From an uncultured Chloroflexia bacterium (GTDB taxonomy: Bacteria; Chloroflexota; Anaerolineae; JAAYZQ01): 64,000 nucleotides of DNA. The position numbers and the translations under genes were made by a program. The notes beneath the pieces are model-generated. The model ran no database searches, was not told where the DNA came from, and saw only the letters and a list, made by a program, of their open reading frames with translations. Positions 50,732 to 61,344 of the stretch are shown one piece after another (within the stretch, counting starts at the first letter, position 1; the number at the start of each line of letters is the position of its first letter). Location: contig CAVOXA010000010.1 of assembly GCA_963700285.1 (NCBI GenBank), positions 960,001 to 1,024,000 on the forward strand, in the 5' to 3' direction.

Positions 50732-52198
50732 TTAAACCGCCAGGGAAGCAAGTTTTTCGACTGCCCTGTCCATGCGCTCAAGGCAACACGGCTTGCCCAA
50801 GACCGCCATTGTATCAAACAATGGCGGCGCCACGTTCTTCCCCGTAACCGCGACCCTGACAATACCAAACAGCGATCCGGCCTTGAGCCCCAGCTCGGCC
50901 ACCAACTCGCGCATTGGAGATTCCATCATCTCAGGCTCAAAGTCGGACAGGACGACCAGGGCCTCGCGCACCTGCTGCAAAGCGCCCAGTGACTCTTCAG
51001 CCGTCATCTTTTTGCCGACCAGCAATTTAGCATCATAGGCCAGTTCATCTTGAAAGAAAAAATCAGTCTTTTCTACCACCTCACCCAGAGTTCTGAGCCG
51101 CTCCTGGATCAGCGGCACGATGGGCGTCATGTCTGCGGTCGTGACATCAAAACCAGCCTCGAGCATGAAAGGAACTACTTGCTCGGCCAAGGCTTCCGTC
51201 TCAAGCTGCCGGATGTAGTAACCATTCATCCAGTCCAGCCGCTCGTACGAGAAGCGTGCCGGCGAACTGTTGACCCCGGATAGATCAAAGTAATTGATCA
51301 ATTCCTCCCGGCCAAAGATCTCGGTCTTGTCATCATAGCTCCAACCCACGCGGGCCAGGTAATTGATCATAGCATCCGGAAGATAGCCCTGCCGGCGAAA
51401 CTCGCAGATCTCTACTCCCCCGTGGCGCTTGCTCAGCTTCCCCTTGCCGGTGGGATCCAAGATCAGCGGAAGATGGGCAAAAACGGGGATCTCCCAGCCG
51501 AAAGCGTTATACAGCAAGATGTGCTTGGGCACTGAGGAAAGCCACTCATCCCCGCGCATGATGTGGCTGATGGCCATGGCATGATCGTCTACGACAACCG
51601 CCAAGTGATAGGTAGGATAGCCATCGCTCTTGAGCAAAACCAAGTCGTCCAGTTTCTGGTTCTCCACGGTGATGGTCCCATAGAGTACATCTTGAAAGCT
51701 AGTTTGACCTTCCAGCGGTACCTTGAACCTGATCACCGGCGTAATGCCTTTGGCCTCGTACTCTGCGCGCTGCACGGCGCTCAGAGCACGACAGTGGCGA
51801 TCATAGCCAATATCCTGCTTTGCCCGGCGCTGTTCCTCCCGTAGGACGGCCAAGCGCTTGGGCGAGCAGTAGCACTTGTAGGCAGATCCTTCTTCCACCA
51901 ACAGATCGGCATAGCGCTGATACAGGGCGAGCCGCTCAGACTGGTAGTAAGGACCATAGTCGCCACCGACCTCCGGACCCTCGTCCCAATCCAGCCCCAG
52001 CCAGCGCAGGCTAGCCACCAGGTCAGGCACAGCATCCGGGTTATAGCGGGTACGGTCCGTATCTTCCACACGTACAATAAACGCTCCGCCATGATGGCGG
52101 GCAAAGAGCCAATTAAACAGTGCCGTCCGCGCCGAACCGACATGAAAATAGCCGGTAGGACTGGGTGCAATACGGACACGTACAGGTTTGTCAATCAT
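50732..52198 (-). CDS. gltX: Glutamate-tRNA ligase
   Basis: RIAPSPTG, HVGS, RVEDTD, PTYHLA, RGDEW, KLSKR. Confidence 0.97.
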   Translation of the reverse strand: MIDKPVRVRIAPSPTGYFHVGSARTALFNWLFARHHGGAFIVRVEDTDRTRYNPDAVPDLVASLRWLGLDWDEGPEVGGDYGPYYQSERLALYQRYADLLVEEGSAYKCYCSPKRLAVLREEQRRAKQDIGYDRHCRALSAVQRAEYEAKGITPVIRFKVPLEGQTSFQDVLYGTITVENQKLDDLVLLKSDGYPTYHLAVVVDDHAMAISHIMRGDEWLSSVPKHILLYNAFGWEIPVFAHLPLILDPTGKGKLSKRHGGVEICEFRRQGYLPDAMINYLARVGWSYDDKTEIFGREELINYFDLSGVNSSPARFSYERLDWMNGYYIRQLETEALAEQVVPFMLEAGFDVTTADMTPIVPLIQERLRTLGEVVEKTDFFFQDELAYDAKLLVGKKMTAEESLGALQQVREALVVLSDFEPEMMESPMRELVAELGLKAGSLFGIVRVAVTGKNVAPPLFDTMAVLGKPCCLERMDRAVEKLASLAV

Positions 52199-52303
52199 GC
52201 ATTCCCTCTTTAGGTTTCTGGTTTGGCTGCGCACGAACTGGTACCCAACCACCCATTGCCAGTTCGGGCACAGTATACCACGCCGTTCAAAGAGGCGGTA
52301 ATC

Positions 52304-52870
52304 TCAAGAACATCGAGTCAGGGCCAATCGCTCTTCCACCGTCTGTCGAAGGGCGCCAACGGTAGTGATGCGTGGCGCAAAACCCAGATCTGCCCAAAAA
52401 CTGGCGGCTGCCTCATTGCCCACCACATAGCGGAGGGACAGATCATGGACGCCACTTTCGCCAAAAAAGCGGCACAACTCTTCTACCAGCTGAGATCCGA
52501 CGCCGGCCCGTCTGTGGCACTCGTCCACGAATATCTGGTCCACGATGCCCGTTCGAGTTGGAGAATAGCGCTTGTTGGCTGCAACCCTTCCAAAGATGAC
52601 ACCCACTACACCATCGCTGTGGTGTTCTGCAACAAGAGCACAAGCACCCGCCGCCTTCAGTCGAGAGGTTACTTGGCCCCTGAACTGTGCCCGGGCATCT
52701 GGCTTCATCCGCCACACCTCCGGGTTCGACGCTTCCAGGTGGTCCTGAAGGCCCAACAACAGTTCTACCATGCGGTCCAGGTCAACTGCCCGGGCAGGCC
52801 GGATGACATAGGCTTGGGCCTGGCTGAAACGGGCGCTCTGGTCCGTTACTATGGGAGGTTGGGGATCCAC
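52304..52870 (-). CDS. GNAT-family acetyltransferase
   Basis: IRPA, FVDECHRRAGVG motif A, NEAA...FW...GF; start uncertain. Confidence 0.8.
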   Translation of the reverse strand: MDPQPPIVTDQSARFSQAQAYVIRPARAVDLDRMVELLLGLQDHLEASNPEVWRMKPDARAQFRGQVTSRLKAAGACALVAEHHSDGVVGVIFGRVAANKRYSPTRTGIVDQIFVDECHRRAGVGSQLVEELCRFFGESGVHDLSLRYVVGNEAAASFWADLGFAPRITTVGALRQTVEERLALTRCS

Positions 52871-53949
52871 TTCAGGTACTTTTCGGATTGGCGCATCTTC
52901 CACCCAAGCTGGCGGCGGTAGGTAGTATGGGGCTGAAACGACCGAGAGCAATCAGCCACTGCTGCGTTGCCCGCAATGTCGATCTGCGACAGATCACCCA
53001 CACCTAACCCCATCTGCCTGCAATAGTGGAGGTAGCCCACGTGATCAACGGAAAAACCCATCAGTGTTGTGCCTACCGCATCCGCAGCGAGAGCATCTGT
53101 GCTCGCCAATGCCAGACGCCACGGTACCATGGTGCCCGTGCTGGGCCCATTGCCTTCCATCGCCTCGTAGCCATCTATCACTGCCAGGTGGGGAACCACC
53201 AACGGCGCTAGCAGGGCAAGATTCAGGTTAATAACCGGGTAACTCTGGTGCATCTTCATCTTGTCGCTAGGTTTCTGGGCACTCATTGCCCGAAACTCCA
53301 ACCACTCTGCAGGGGGCAAACCCCGGACCCATTGGGGCATTGTCCGCCACAGGGCCTGGCTCACTTTCCGCATGGGCCCCGAACCCCCATTTTGGGAAGG
53401 GGTACCATGGGAAAGACGGCTGATCAGGGAGCCCATAATCATATTCTTCAGGCTGAGGGTGACAATGACTACATCGTGTGTCTTGGGAGGGCCCACCGAG
53501 ATACGAAAATCGCTCTCCACTACACTGCGAGCCAGATGCAGATGCAGGGGCCGCATCCGCCAATCGAATACTTCTACCGGCAGTGGCTCGTCGTAGTTCA
53601 GATCCACCAATACCGCATCATAAGCTTGGGCCAGAGGCTCATAGCCCAGGAGGCGGAATGCATCGGCCGCTGGCTCCGCGGACGGCCCTTCGGCGATGGT
53701 GAGAGGGCCATCGTAGCGAACCCGCACGAAATCAAGTACAGCCCGCACAGCATCTGCGTGAGTGCAAGCCAGCGGGTTGCGAGCCATTACGAAATTGGGC
53801 TTGATCAGTACCTGTTTTTTGCCGGTGAGGTCTATGCCCTCGGAGAGCAATCTCAATGCATGGCTGATATTCTCATACCGGCCGCCAAGTTCACCACCCT
53901 CCTGAACAAGGGCAACCTGGCTTCGCGCGTCACCTAGTTTGCATTGCAT
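52849..53949 (-). CDS. DUF362-domain protein
   Basis: VLIKPN, IAEG, PKTH, TLSLKN, IDG...MEGNGP, DALAAD. Confidence 0.85.
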   Translation of the reverse strand: MQCKLGDARSQVALVQEGGELGGRYENISHALRLLSEGIDLTGKKQVLIKPNFVMARNPLACTHADAVRAVLDFVRVRYDGPLTIAEGPSAEPAADAFRLLGYEPLAQAYDAVLVDLNYDEPLPVEVFDWRMRPLHLHLARSVVESDFRISVGPPKTHDVVIVTLSLKNMIMGSLISRLSHGTPSQNGGSGPMRKVSQALWRTMPQWVRGLPPAEWLEFRAMSAQKPSDKMKMHQSYPVINLNLALLAPLVVPHLAVIDGYEAMEGNGPSTGTMVPWRLALASTDALAADAVGTTLMGFSVDHVGYLHYCRQMGLGVGDLSQIDIAGNAAVADCSRSFQPHTTYRRQLGWKMRQSEKYLKWIPNLP

Positions 53950-55451
53950 CAGTCAAATTCGAGCTTTTTTTGGCGCATGGCCACGCTCTCAACCAAACCA
54001 ATGCCCAACATAAGAGTAATAAAGGAGCTGCCCCCATAGCTGACAAAGGGCAATGGAATACCAGTTACCGGTGTCAAGCCCAGGTTCATGCCAATGTTGA
54101 TCAGGCTCTGGAACAAAATCAGTGCCGCTACACCTCCAGCGATGAGTCGCCCAAAAACGTCTCTCGACCGCTCAGCAACGCGGACGATTCGCCACAAGAC
54201 AAAGAACAGCAGGCACATCATGGCCACAGCACCCAGAAAGCCCAATTCTTCGGCAGTGACGGAAAAGATAAAGTCGGTATGACGGACCCGAAGAAAGTGA
54301 AGTTGGCTTTGTGTACCCTGGGTTAGTCCCTTGCCAGTCCACCCACCAGAGCCGATGCTGACCAGGGCCTGGTGAACGTTGAAATAGGAATCAGGGTCAC
54401 TGGCCGGATTGAGAAACAGCATGAGCCGTCGCTGCATATAGTCCTGAAGACTCAACCATACCAGCGGCAGCACAACCACACCTGCTCCCGCCATGGCAAG
54501 CAAGTGTCGCAGCCGGATCCTGGCCATCCAGGCTACTACCACCCATATCGCCAACAGGGTCAATGCAGTACCCAAGTCAGGCTGGAGATAGATCAGAAAC
54601 ATCGGCAAGGCAACCACGGCCAGCGACACCAAGACAGTACTGAACTGCTCCATGCGTTCCTCCCGGTCCGCAAAGAACTTGGCCAGCACAAGGATGACCA
54701 GGATCTTGGCCAACTCGGAAGGTTGTACTGTACCCGCCCCAAGCCAACGCTGCGAACCGCCGGCTACCTGCCCGATCACAAAGACAATGCCCAGTAGCAT
54801 CAGAGTCAGCACATAGATTGGGTTCCGAAGTATGTCCGTGACACGAAGGGTAAGACAATCCAGTGCATAGGCCACAGCCAGACCTACGACCATCAGATAA
54901 GGAGTGGACTCTGTCAGGTAGTCAGGCAGGGCAGCAATGGAAGCGGCGTCCACCAGGCGGGGGAGGGCGAGGATGCCCGCACCTATTACCCCGATGAGCA
55001 CCGCCGCCAGCACCGTGCGTGTGAGCACCAGATCTAACTTTGAGATCCACAGACTATCTGCAATGAACACAGCGCTCACCAGCGCCGCTGCCAGAAGGGC
55101 CGGAGTGATGTCGGTCAGAAGGATGGCCAGAGGTGAAGTGGCCTCAGCAGTTGGGAATTGCCCGACACGCCAGGTAATGATCATACCAACACTTGCCAAT
55201 CCCAATACAAGGGGGGTAAGGACGGCGAATGGATGTTGGGCAATTTCAAGCAGCCGATAATCGACGGAGGCGGTGACCAACAAAAGTACAGTACCGGCAA
55301 CCAAGTACATAATCTGGCGCTGGATCGCATCTTCCACCCCAAGAGTACCAAGGGTCGCGCTATAAATCATGGTCGCGCCGTAGGCCGATAAGAGCAACAA
55401 TGCACCTAGAAGAAAATAGTCGAATCTGCGCCAGGAACGCCTAGACATCAT
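53949..55451 (-). CDS. rodA: RodA SEDS peptidoglycan glycosyltransferase with an internal membrane insertion
   Basis: SQRW, QPSELAK, QPDLGT, IGSGG, HTDFIF, PVTGIPLPFVSYGGSS; mre/min context. Confidence 0.92.
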   Translation of the reverse strand: MMSRRSWRRFDYFLLGALLLLSAYGATMIYSATLGTLGVEDAIQRQIMYLVAGTVLLLVTASVDYRLLEIAQHPFAVLTPLVLGLASVGMIITWRVGQFPTAEATSPLAILLTDITPALLAAALVSAVFIADSLWISKLDLVLTRTVLAAVLIGVIGAGILALPRLVDAASIAALPDYLTESTPYLMVVGLAVAYALDCLTLRVTDILRNPIYVLTLMLLGIVFVIGQVAGGSQRWLGAGTVQPSELAKILVILVLAKFFADREERMEQFSTVLVSLAVVALPMFLIYLQPDLGTALTLLAIWVVVAWMARIRLRHLLAMAGAGVVVLPLVWLSLQDYMQRRLMLFLNPASDPDSYFNVHQALVSIGSGGWTGKGLTQGTQSQLHFLRVRHTDFIFSVTAEELGFLGAVAMMCLLFFVLWRIVRVAERSRDVFGRLIAGGVAALILFQSLINIGMNLGLTPVTGIPLPFVSYGGSSFITLMLGIGLVESVAMRQKKLEFD

Positions 55452-55457
55452 TGCACG

Positions 55458-55784
55458 TCATCCCGTGCCATCACCTCCGGCTCTTACGGCGGTCTGCCCG
55501 CGTCCGGGCCGGCCGCGGCTGCCAGGTGCCTTTGCTGGCCCAACTACCGGTATGTCGGCCACCAACCGGCTCTCTCGCCTGCCCTGAGTAAAAGTCACTT
55601 CTACCCCACTGGATTCGATCTCGACGTAGCGGGAAATAACGGTGATCAGTTCATCCTTCATCTGATCCAGCAGAGCAGGCGAGATCTTGATTCGGTCGTG
55701 GACCAAGACCAGTTGCAGTCGCTCCTTCGCAATCTCACGGCTAGTCGGCTCTCGGCGCTTGAACAAGCCATCCAGAAAACCCAT
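55458..55784 (-). CDS. minE: Cell division topological specificity factor
   Basis: AKERLQLVLVHDR, VISRYV. Confidence 0.93.
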   Translation of the reverse strand: MGFLDGLFKRREPTSREIAKERLQLVLVHDRIKISPALLDQMKDELITVISRYVEIESSGVEVTFTQGRRESRLVADIPVVGPAKAPGSRGRPGRGQTAVRAGGDGTG

Positions 55785-55912
55785 AGTGCCTCCTGACCCC
55801 AAAATCTCAATATGCGTATGCACAAATCAGTAAGCGCTCGTAGGCGGGCCCTAGCGGCCAACCTGAAAGTTCTGCTGGTTGCTCACTCGCCCGTCTACCC
55901 ATCTTCCTATCC

Positions 55913-56707
55913 TCAGCCGCGGACAAAGCGGGCCAGATGGTCAAACACACTCGACGATTCCTTGATGGGCATAAACGGAATGTCCTGTCCCAGCAGCCGG
56001 CCGGCGACGTTGCGGAAGGCTTGGCCCGAAGGGGTCTTGCCATCCATCACTACCGGCGTACCTCGGTTAGAGGAGATCACGATCTCCTTGTCTTCGGGGA
56101 TAATGCCAATCAGATCGATGGCCAGGATCTCCACTACATCGGCCGTACTGAGCATCTGCCCACGGCGGACCATCGCCGGATCCAGGCGGTTGACGATCAG
56201 CTCAGGTTGATCTTTTTCTTCGGCCTCGACCAACCCTACGATCCGGTCAGCATCACGCACCGCTGACACCTGAGGTGTGGTGACTATGAGTACCCGGTCA
56301 GCAGGGGCGACGGCATTGCGGTAGCCCTGCTCAATGCCGGCCGGTGAATCTATGAGGATAAAGTCAAAGTCGGGCCGCAGTTGGTCGCACAGATCGACCA
56401 TCTGCTCCGGATTCACAGCCGTCTTGTCGCGAGTCTGGGCCGCCGGAAGCAAATAGAGTTCTGACAACCGTTTGTCACGGATCAGAGCCTGGCGCAGGCG
56501 GCAATGACCCTCCACAACATCCACCAGATCGTAGACAATGCGGTTTTCTAGGCCCATGATGACGTCCAGGTTGCGCAGCCCAATATCAGCATCGACCGTC
56601 ACCACACGCTGCCCCAACATAGCCAACGCCACGCCCAAGTTCGCCGTTGTAGTGGTTTTGCCGACCCCACCTTTGCCTGACGTGATGGTGATAACCGTTG
56701 CACTCAT
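55913..56707 (-). CDS. minD: Septum site-determining ATPase
   Basis: SGKGGVGKTT, GLRNLD, DSPAGIE, RDADR. Confidence 0.97.
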   Translation of the reverse strand: MSATVITITSGKGGVGKTTTTANLGVALAMLGQRVVTVDADIGLRNLDVIMGLENRIVYDLVDVVEGHCRLRQALIRDKRLSELYLLPAAQTRDKTAVNPEQMVDLCDQLRPDFDFILIDSPAGIEQGYRNAVAPADRVLIVTTPQVSAVRDADRIVGLVEAEEKDQPELIVNRLDPAMVRRGQMLSTADVVEILAIDLIGIIPEDKEIVISSNRGTPVVMDGKTPSGQAFRNVAGRLLGQDIPFMPIKESSSVFDHLARFVRG

Positions 56708-56759
56708 GTCCGTCTCCTATCCAGTTCGGGGGGCTCAGAGCAGGTGGCAGCTGGTAAAC

Positions 56760-57512
56760 CTATCTTTGCCCAAACAGGGCCCTCAACCTCAAATTCCAGC
56801 GTCCAAGCCCGAACTTCTCGCCTCCAAGCCTTGACTTTTGCTCTCCCAGCGCATTCCATCGCTCTACCACAATTGCTCCCTCATGGACCAGAGCCATTTC
56901 AGGCACCGTGGGCAGGCGGCCGCGCTCAGGCGAGCGTGCGATGTGCGTCCCGATGCGGATCTGGCTGGGCGCAAGTTGCAGAGCACAAATGATCGCGTCT
57001 TCATCTCCCATTGCCCCGGCATGTACCGTACCCCACAGCTTGCCCCAAACAATAATGTCACCGCCTGCTACAACTTCGGCTCCTGGGTTCACATCCCCAA
57101 TCAGCGCAATATGCCCTGCATGGCGGAGTGCTTGCCCCGAACGGAGAGTCCGTCGCACGACAAAGCCTGCGACATCTTGGTGAGAAAGCTCTACGGGCAC
57201 AGCGGGCGCAGGAGAGTCCTGGAGAACTTCCAGTCCCAGTTCACGCGCCGACAGACAGGTAGATGGGTGCGTGCCTTCGACGGCCCAAAGCATCACGCCA
57301 ATCTCCTCGAGCATGCTACCAATCGCCGTCAATTGCTCGCTCGAAAGCGCTCGGTCGCCGACACTCAACGCCACCCTTCCCCCGACGAAGAACGAGGCTT
57401 TGGAGCTTAGCTGGGCTTCCATTTCACCCACAACTTGCTCAAAGGGACCGTCGCCCAGCGTGATGACCAGCCCATCACTTGTGCCCTTGATTGTTATTGC
57501 TCCCCCCGCCAT
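56760..57512 (-). CDS. minC: Septum site-determining protein
   Basis: IKG, TLRSGQ, GDVNPGAE, VHAG, QIRIG. Confidence 0.93.
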   Translation of the reverse strand: MAGGAITIKGTSDGLVITLGDGPFEQVVGEMEAQLSSKASFFVGGRVALSVGDRALSSEQLTAIGSMLEEIGVMLWAVEGTHPSTCLSARELGLEVLQDSPAPAVPVELSHQDVAGFVVRRTLRSGQALRHAGHIALIGDVNPGAEVVAGGDIIVWGKLWGTVHAGAMGDEDAIICALQLAPSQIRIGTHIARSPERGRLPTVPEMALVHEGAIVVERWNALGEQKSRLGGEKFGLGRWNLRLRALFGQR

Positions 57513-57843
57513 AAAGCCGCCTTTTCACACCGGTTCCCACCAAGGAACCACATGTTCCTGCCTGTTACCTCCCAAGATAATCCGATTTGGGCGTATACTT
57601 GACTGGTCCAACCGCCTCAATCACCCACATCATTGTATCACTGCGATCTAATTCCCCCAATCCTCTTCAGGGCGTATGTCAAGGAGTAATGTCTTGCACC
57701 CTGTGTCCTAGGCCCTGAACAAAGCCAAGTGTAATTTGGGACTACTCACATGCCTCCGCAGCCCGCAGCTTTTGTGAGAAGCTAGCCTCCAGTGGGGCAT
57801 CGGGGTTCTTCCATGTCCAGACCTTCCATTCCAGACTTCAGGG

Positions 57844-58824
57844 TCATGGTCCCGCTACCTCGATGGCCATGTCGCCAAAGTAACCCAAGGCACGCCGAAA
57901 ATCGGCAGTCGCATAGAACTCGGTCTGTGCATCCCAGGGATCGTTGGCCCAAACGCCTTCTTGATTGTAGCCAGTGACCACAACGACGTGCTGCCAGGGT
58001 ACCAGGGTCACCGCTTCGCCATCAATCGTAACCGTCGTCGGTGTGCTTGGCTGGCAGTCATAGGTCACCCAGGCAATGACCGGGTTGCCCCGGGCTATGG
58101 CAGCCTTGATCCCATCGAGCCCTCCCTTCACTAGCCGGGCTCGGAGCCCACGGTGGTTCAAGACATCCAGGACCGGGCCGGCATAGACACCATAGTCCTC
58201 AATCCCACCCGTAGGGCCATCCACGTTCCCTCGAAAGCCAAGATGAGGATTCGGATTCAGCGGTAGGGCAACAAGCACATCTGCTTCAGTGAGGTCGACG
58301 TCATGGTATTGGGCACTCATGGATGCTGCAGAAGACTCGCAACTCAGATTGTGGCTCTGCCTTTGCCGGGCAACCTCCAACCGGGCCTCAGGCGGTAGCA
58401 CATCTTCTGTTTCGAGAGGATTCATCCGTCCCCCAAGGCTGTCCAGGGCACTCTGAAAGCCGTCGACTTTTGCCTGGATCGCGGCCACAGACGCCCGCAA
58501 GTCAGTCATCTGCTGTGAATCCCCGGACGTTGCCACTACTGCCTGAAGCGCTGCTAGCTGCTGGCTCACATCGTTGTTTTCAAGGGTGGCAAGGCGAGCC
58601 TCTAACGAGGTGATAGCGTTCTGTACTGCAAGAATTTTGGATTCGGCCTCCTGGCGCTCATTCTGCAACCTGGTCACATCGGCCTGTAGGCTCTGAACCC
58701 TCTTTGTCTCCTGCCAGACCCACACCCCCAGTACAAGAAAAGCCAGTGCCATCACGGTCATCAATGCCAGCAGGAGCCAGACAGCACCAGAGGCCGGCTG
58801 TTGTTGCCGATCACCCTGGGTCAT
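57844..58824 (-). CDS. Membrane-anchored coiled-coil protein with a C39-like peptidase domain
   Basis: N-terminal TM, heptad coiled coil, QSHNLSCE (Cys), PVIAW, QHVVVVTGY (His), NDP (Asp). Confidence 0.8.
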   Translation of the reverse strand: MTQGDRQQQPASGAVWLLLALMTVMALAFLVLGVWVWQETKRVQSLQADVTRLQNERQEAESKILAVQNAITSLEARLATLENNDVSQQLAALQAVVATSGDSQQMTDLRASVAAIQAKVDGFQSALDSLGGRMNPLETEDVLPPEARLEVARQRQSHNLSCESSAASMSAQYHDVDLTEADVLVALPLNPNPHLGFRGNVDGPTGGIEDYGVYAGPVLDVLNHRGLRARLVKGGLDGIKAAIARGNPVIAWVTYDCQPSTPTTVTIDGEAVTLVPWQHVVVVTGYNQEGVWANDPWDAQTEFYATADFRRALGYFGDMAIEVAGP

Positions 58825-60833
58825 GGTGTGTCCTCCTCGCGATTCTGGCCAAAGTAATAGTTCAAGATCTCATTCGCCACGGGCACTGCCGTGGCAGATC
58901 CCTCGCCACCGCCAAAGACGAACACCACCAGCGCGATTTCCGGGTTTTCATAGGGCGCAAAGGCTGTGAACCAGGCATGCGTGGGCAAGTTCCCTTCACG
59001 GTCGCGATCGGGGATGCCATCCTTGTTCTGATCAACAAAGAACTCTGCAGTACCTGTCTTGCCGGCGACGGCAACACCTGGGACATCAATACCTCGAGCT
59101 GTAGCACCGGGGCCGGCCACAGCGGAACGCATGCCCTGACGCACGATTTCGAGGTTCTCTGCCGAGATAGGCAGGTGACGGATCACATCGGGGGCAAATG
59201 CTCGGGTCAACTTCCCCTCAGCATCAATGACCTCTCGTACGATCTGGGGACGGTAGAGCGTACCGCCATTGGCAATGGGAGTCACAGCGTTTAACACTTG
59301 CAGAGGAGTAGCCAATACAAAACCCTGGCCGATCGCCATATTATAGGTATCGCCCGTCACCCAAGACTCGCTATAGTTCACGCGCTTCCATTTGGTAGTG
59401 GGCACCAAACCAGGAGCTTCCCCCGGCAGATCAATGCCTGTGCGGGTTCCCATGCCAAAGAGCTCGGCATAGTAGCCGAGTCGCTCTTCACCCAGACCCT
59501 CAAACTCATTGCGATAACCGCCACCTACCTGATAGAAAAAGATGTCGCACGACTGGCCCAGGGCAGATACCACGCTCAATGAACCGTGCTGACCATGATA
59601 ATCGTGGTGGATCCAGCAATAGAATGGCTGCGCCAGGCTGGGATCCTCAGGATAGAAGCGGTTAGGCAGCCACAAGATACCGCCACAGAAACGGCGTGTC
59701 TGGGGAGTGATAACCTCCTCCTCCAGTGCACCTGAGGCCGGTATGATCTTGTACGTGGACCCTGGTGGGAACTGACCCGAGATGGCATGGTTCACCATCG
59801 GACGGCTAGGATCTTCTTGCAGGACCTGGTATTCCCTGGTCGAAATACCCCCTGTGAATTCGTTGTTGTCGTAACTAGGCAGCGAAACCATGCCCAGGAT
59901 CTCGCCGGTCTGGGGGTTCATGGCCACGACGACGCCCTGCTTCTTGTAGTAAGTTTTCAGTTGGCGCTGGAGAATGTCCTCCATCGCCCGTTGCAGTTCC
60001 AGATCCAGCGTAAGGCGCAGGTTGTTGCCAGCAACGGCAGGCTCTAGCTCACTAGCCGTCTGCACCTCCCTGCCGGCAACATCTACCTCTATCAGCTTCT
60101 GACCATCATGACCCCGCAGGTCCTCCTCAAAGGAGAATTCCACACCAACAAGTCCTACTTCCTGTTGGTAGCGATCGTACCCTCGGGCTTCGTAGTCTTC
60201 TGCTTGTTCCACCGGGATCGGCCCAACATAACCCAACATGTGAGCCAGCAGGGGGCCGTACAGATACTCTCGTACGGGCTCCACCTGAACCAACACCCCA
60301 GGCCAATCCAGATGCTCCTCCTCTAGAACCAGAGCGACCTCACGGGGGACATCGACCTTCAGGCGGGCTGGGCGGTACGGAGCCATTTCCGCATCTTCAA
60401 GCACATCCAGGATACCCACCTTCGAATTGCCATAGGTTGTAGACGTAGCTATAAGCGGATCGTTGGCCCCATGGCCAACCATCGGCATTTTTAACAGTTC
60501 AGCCAGTTCTAGCAACAACATATTGCGCTCAGACTCATCTTCCGGGAGGTAGGCCGGGACAACTGACACCGTAAGCTGGGGTTGATTTCGTACCAGGAGA
60601 TGGCCCCGGCGATCATAGATCACGCCTCTTGCGGCAGGACTACCTTCCAGGCGAAAGCGATTGACATCGGCCGCTTTCTGATAGTAGTCACCCCGGATCA
60701 TCTGCAGGCGCCAGAGCTGGGTGATCAGCCCCAAGAAAGCGACGATGAGAAGAATCCGAAATACCGTCAGCCTGCCCTTTGTGTCCGGCGGCGGCGCGCT
60801 TGGCTGCCAGTCACGTCGAATGTCATGCTGCAA
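58821..60833 (-). CDS. mrdA: Penicillin-binding protein 2
   Basis: RGVIYDR, PGSTYK (SxxK), SCD, GKTGTAE, HAWF; start placed at TTG 60833. Confidence 0.93.
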   Translation of the reverse strand: MQHDIRRDWQPSAPPPDTKGRLTVFRILLIVAFLGLITQLWRLQMIRGDYYQKAADVNRFRLEGSPAARGVIYDRRGHLLVRNQPQLTVSVVPAYLPEDESERNMLLLELAELLKMPMVGHGANDPLIATSTTYGNSKVGILDVLEDAEMAPYRPARLKVDVPREVALVLEEEHLDWPGVLVQVEPVREYLYGPLLAHMLGYVGPIPVEQAEDYEARGYDRYQQEVGLVGVEFSFEEDLRGHDGQKLIEVDVAGREVQTASELEPAVAGNNLRLTLDLELQRAMEDILQRQLKTYYKKQGVVVAMNPQTGEILGMVSLPSYDNNEFTGGISTREYQVLQEDPSRPMVNHAISGQFPPGSTYKIIPASGALEEEVITPQTRRFCGGILWLPNRFYPEDPSLAQPFYCWIHHDYHGQHGSLSVVSALGQSCDIFFYQVGGGYRNEFEGLGEERLGYYAELFGMGTRTGIDLPGEAPGLVPTTKWKRVNYSESWVTGDTYNMAIGQGFVLATPLQVLNAVTPIANGGTLYRPQIVREVIDAEGKLTRAFAPDVIRHLPISAENLEIVRQGMRSAVAGPGATARGIDVPGVAVAGKTGTAEFFVDQNKDGIPDRDREGNLPTHAWFTAFAPYENPEIALVVFVFGGGEGSATAVPVANEILNYYFGQNREEDTP

Positions 60834-60834
60834 G

Positions 60835-61335
60835 CTACCACTCCAACTCTTCCTGGCCAAAGCGCACGTGCAACCACCGCATAGGCAAGAAGATGATCGG
60901 CGCCAGTACTGCATTCAGTACTGCTGAAGGCAGAACAATGCGGACAAAACTATCCAACCAGATCACAGGCTGGCCCGAGATCCACACAATCAAGAGAAAA
61001 CACACGTTGTATAGTACCGTGGCCAAAAACATGATTACAGCCGGGAAAACGATGTGAACCGTAAACGCGCTGTTCTTTCCCAGTCCCGATAGAAAACCGA
61101 CAAGCATCAGGGACAATGTAGCCGCGCCAAAGGGTGCCCCCGAAATCAGATCCACGACAACGCCAGCGATAAATCCCCAGAGGATGCCTTCCCTAGGACC
61201 TCGCAGGAGCCCCCAGCTGACCACGAGCAGTACTGGCAAATCGGCGAAAACACCCCAAACAGCCAAGTGCGGTACAACTGTGGCCTGCAAGATGACAACA
61301 ACAACCAGGAACGGCACAATCAGATAGGTAGTCAC
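60835..61335 (-). CDS. mreD: Rod shape-determining protein MreD
   Basis: Small polytopic membrane protein, ADL...GF.AG...D; lies between mreC and mrdA. Confidence 0.9.
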   Translation of the reverse strand: MTTYLIVPFLVVVVILQATVVPHLAVWGVFADLPVLLVVSWGLLRGPREGILWGFIAGVVVDLISGAPFGAATLSLMLVGFLSGLGKNSAFTVHIVFPAVIMFLATVLYNVCFLLIVWISGQPVIWLDSFVRIVLPSAVLNAVLAPIIFLPMRWLHVRFGQEELEW

Positions 61336-61344
61336 AGCCTACTT

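Noticed and set aside
57513-57843. Possible sRNA in the 330-bp gap upstream of minC
   Set aside because: No convincing structure, terminator or ORF; most likely a promoter region
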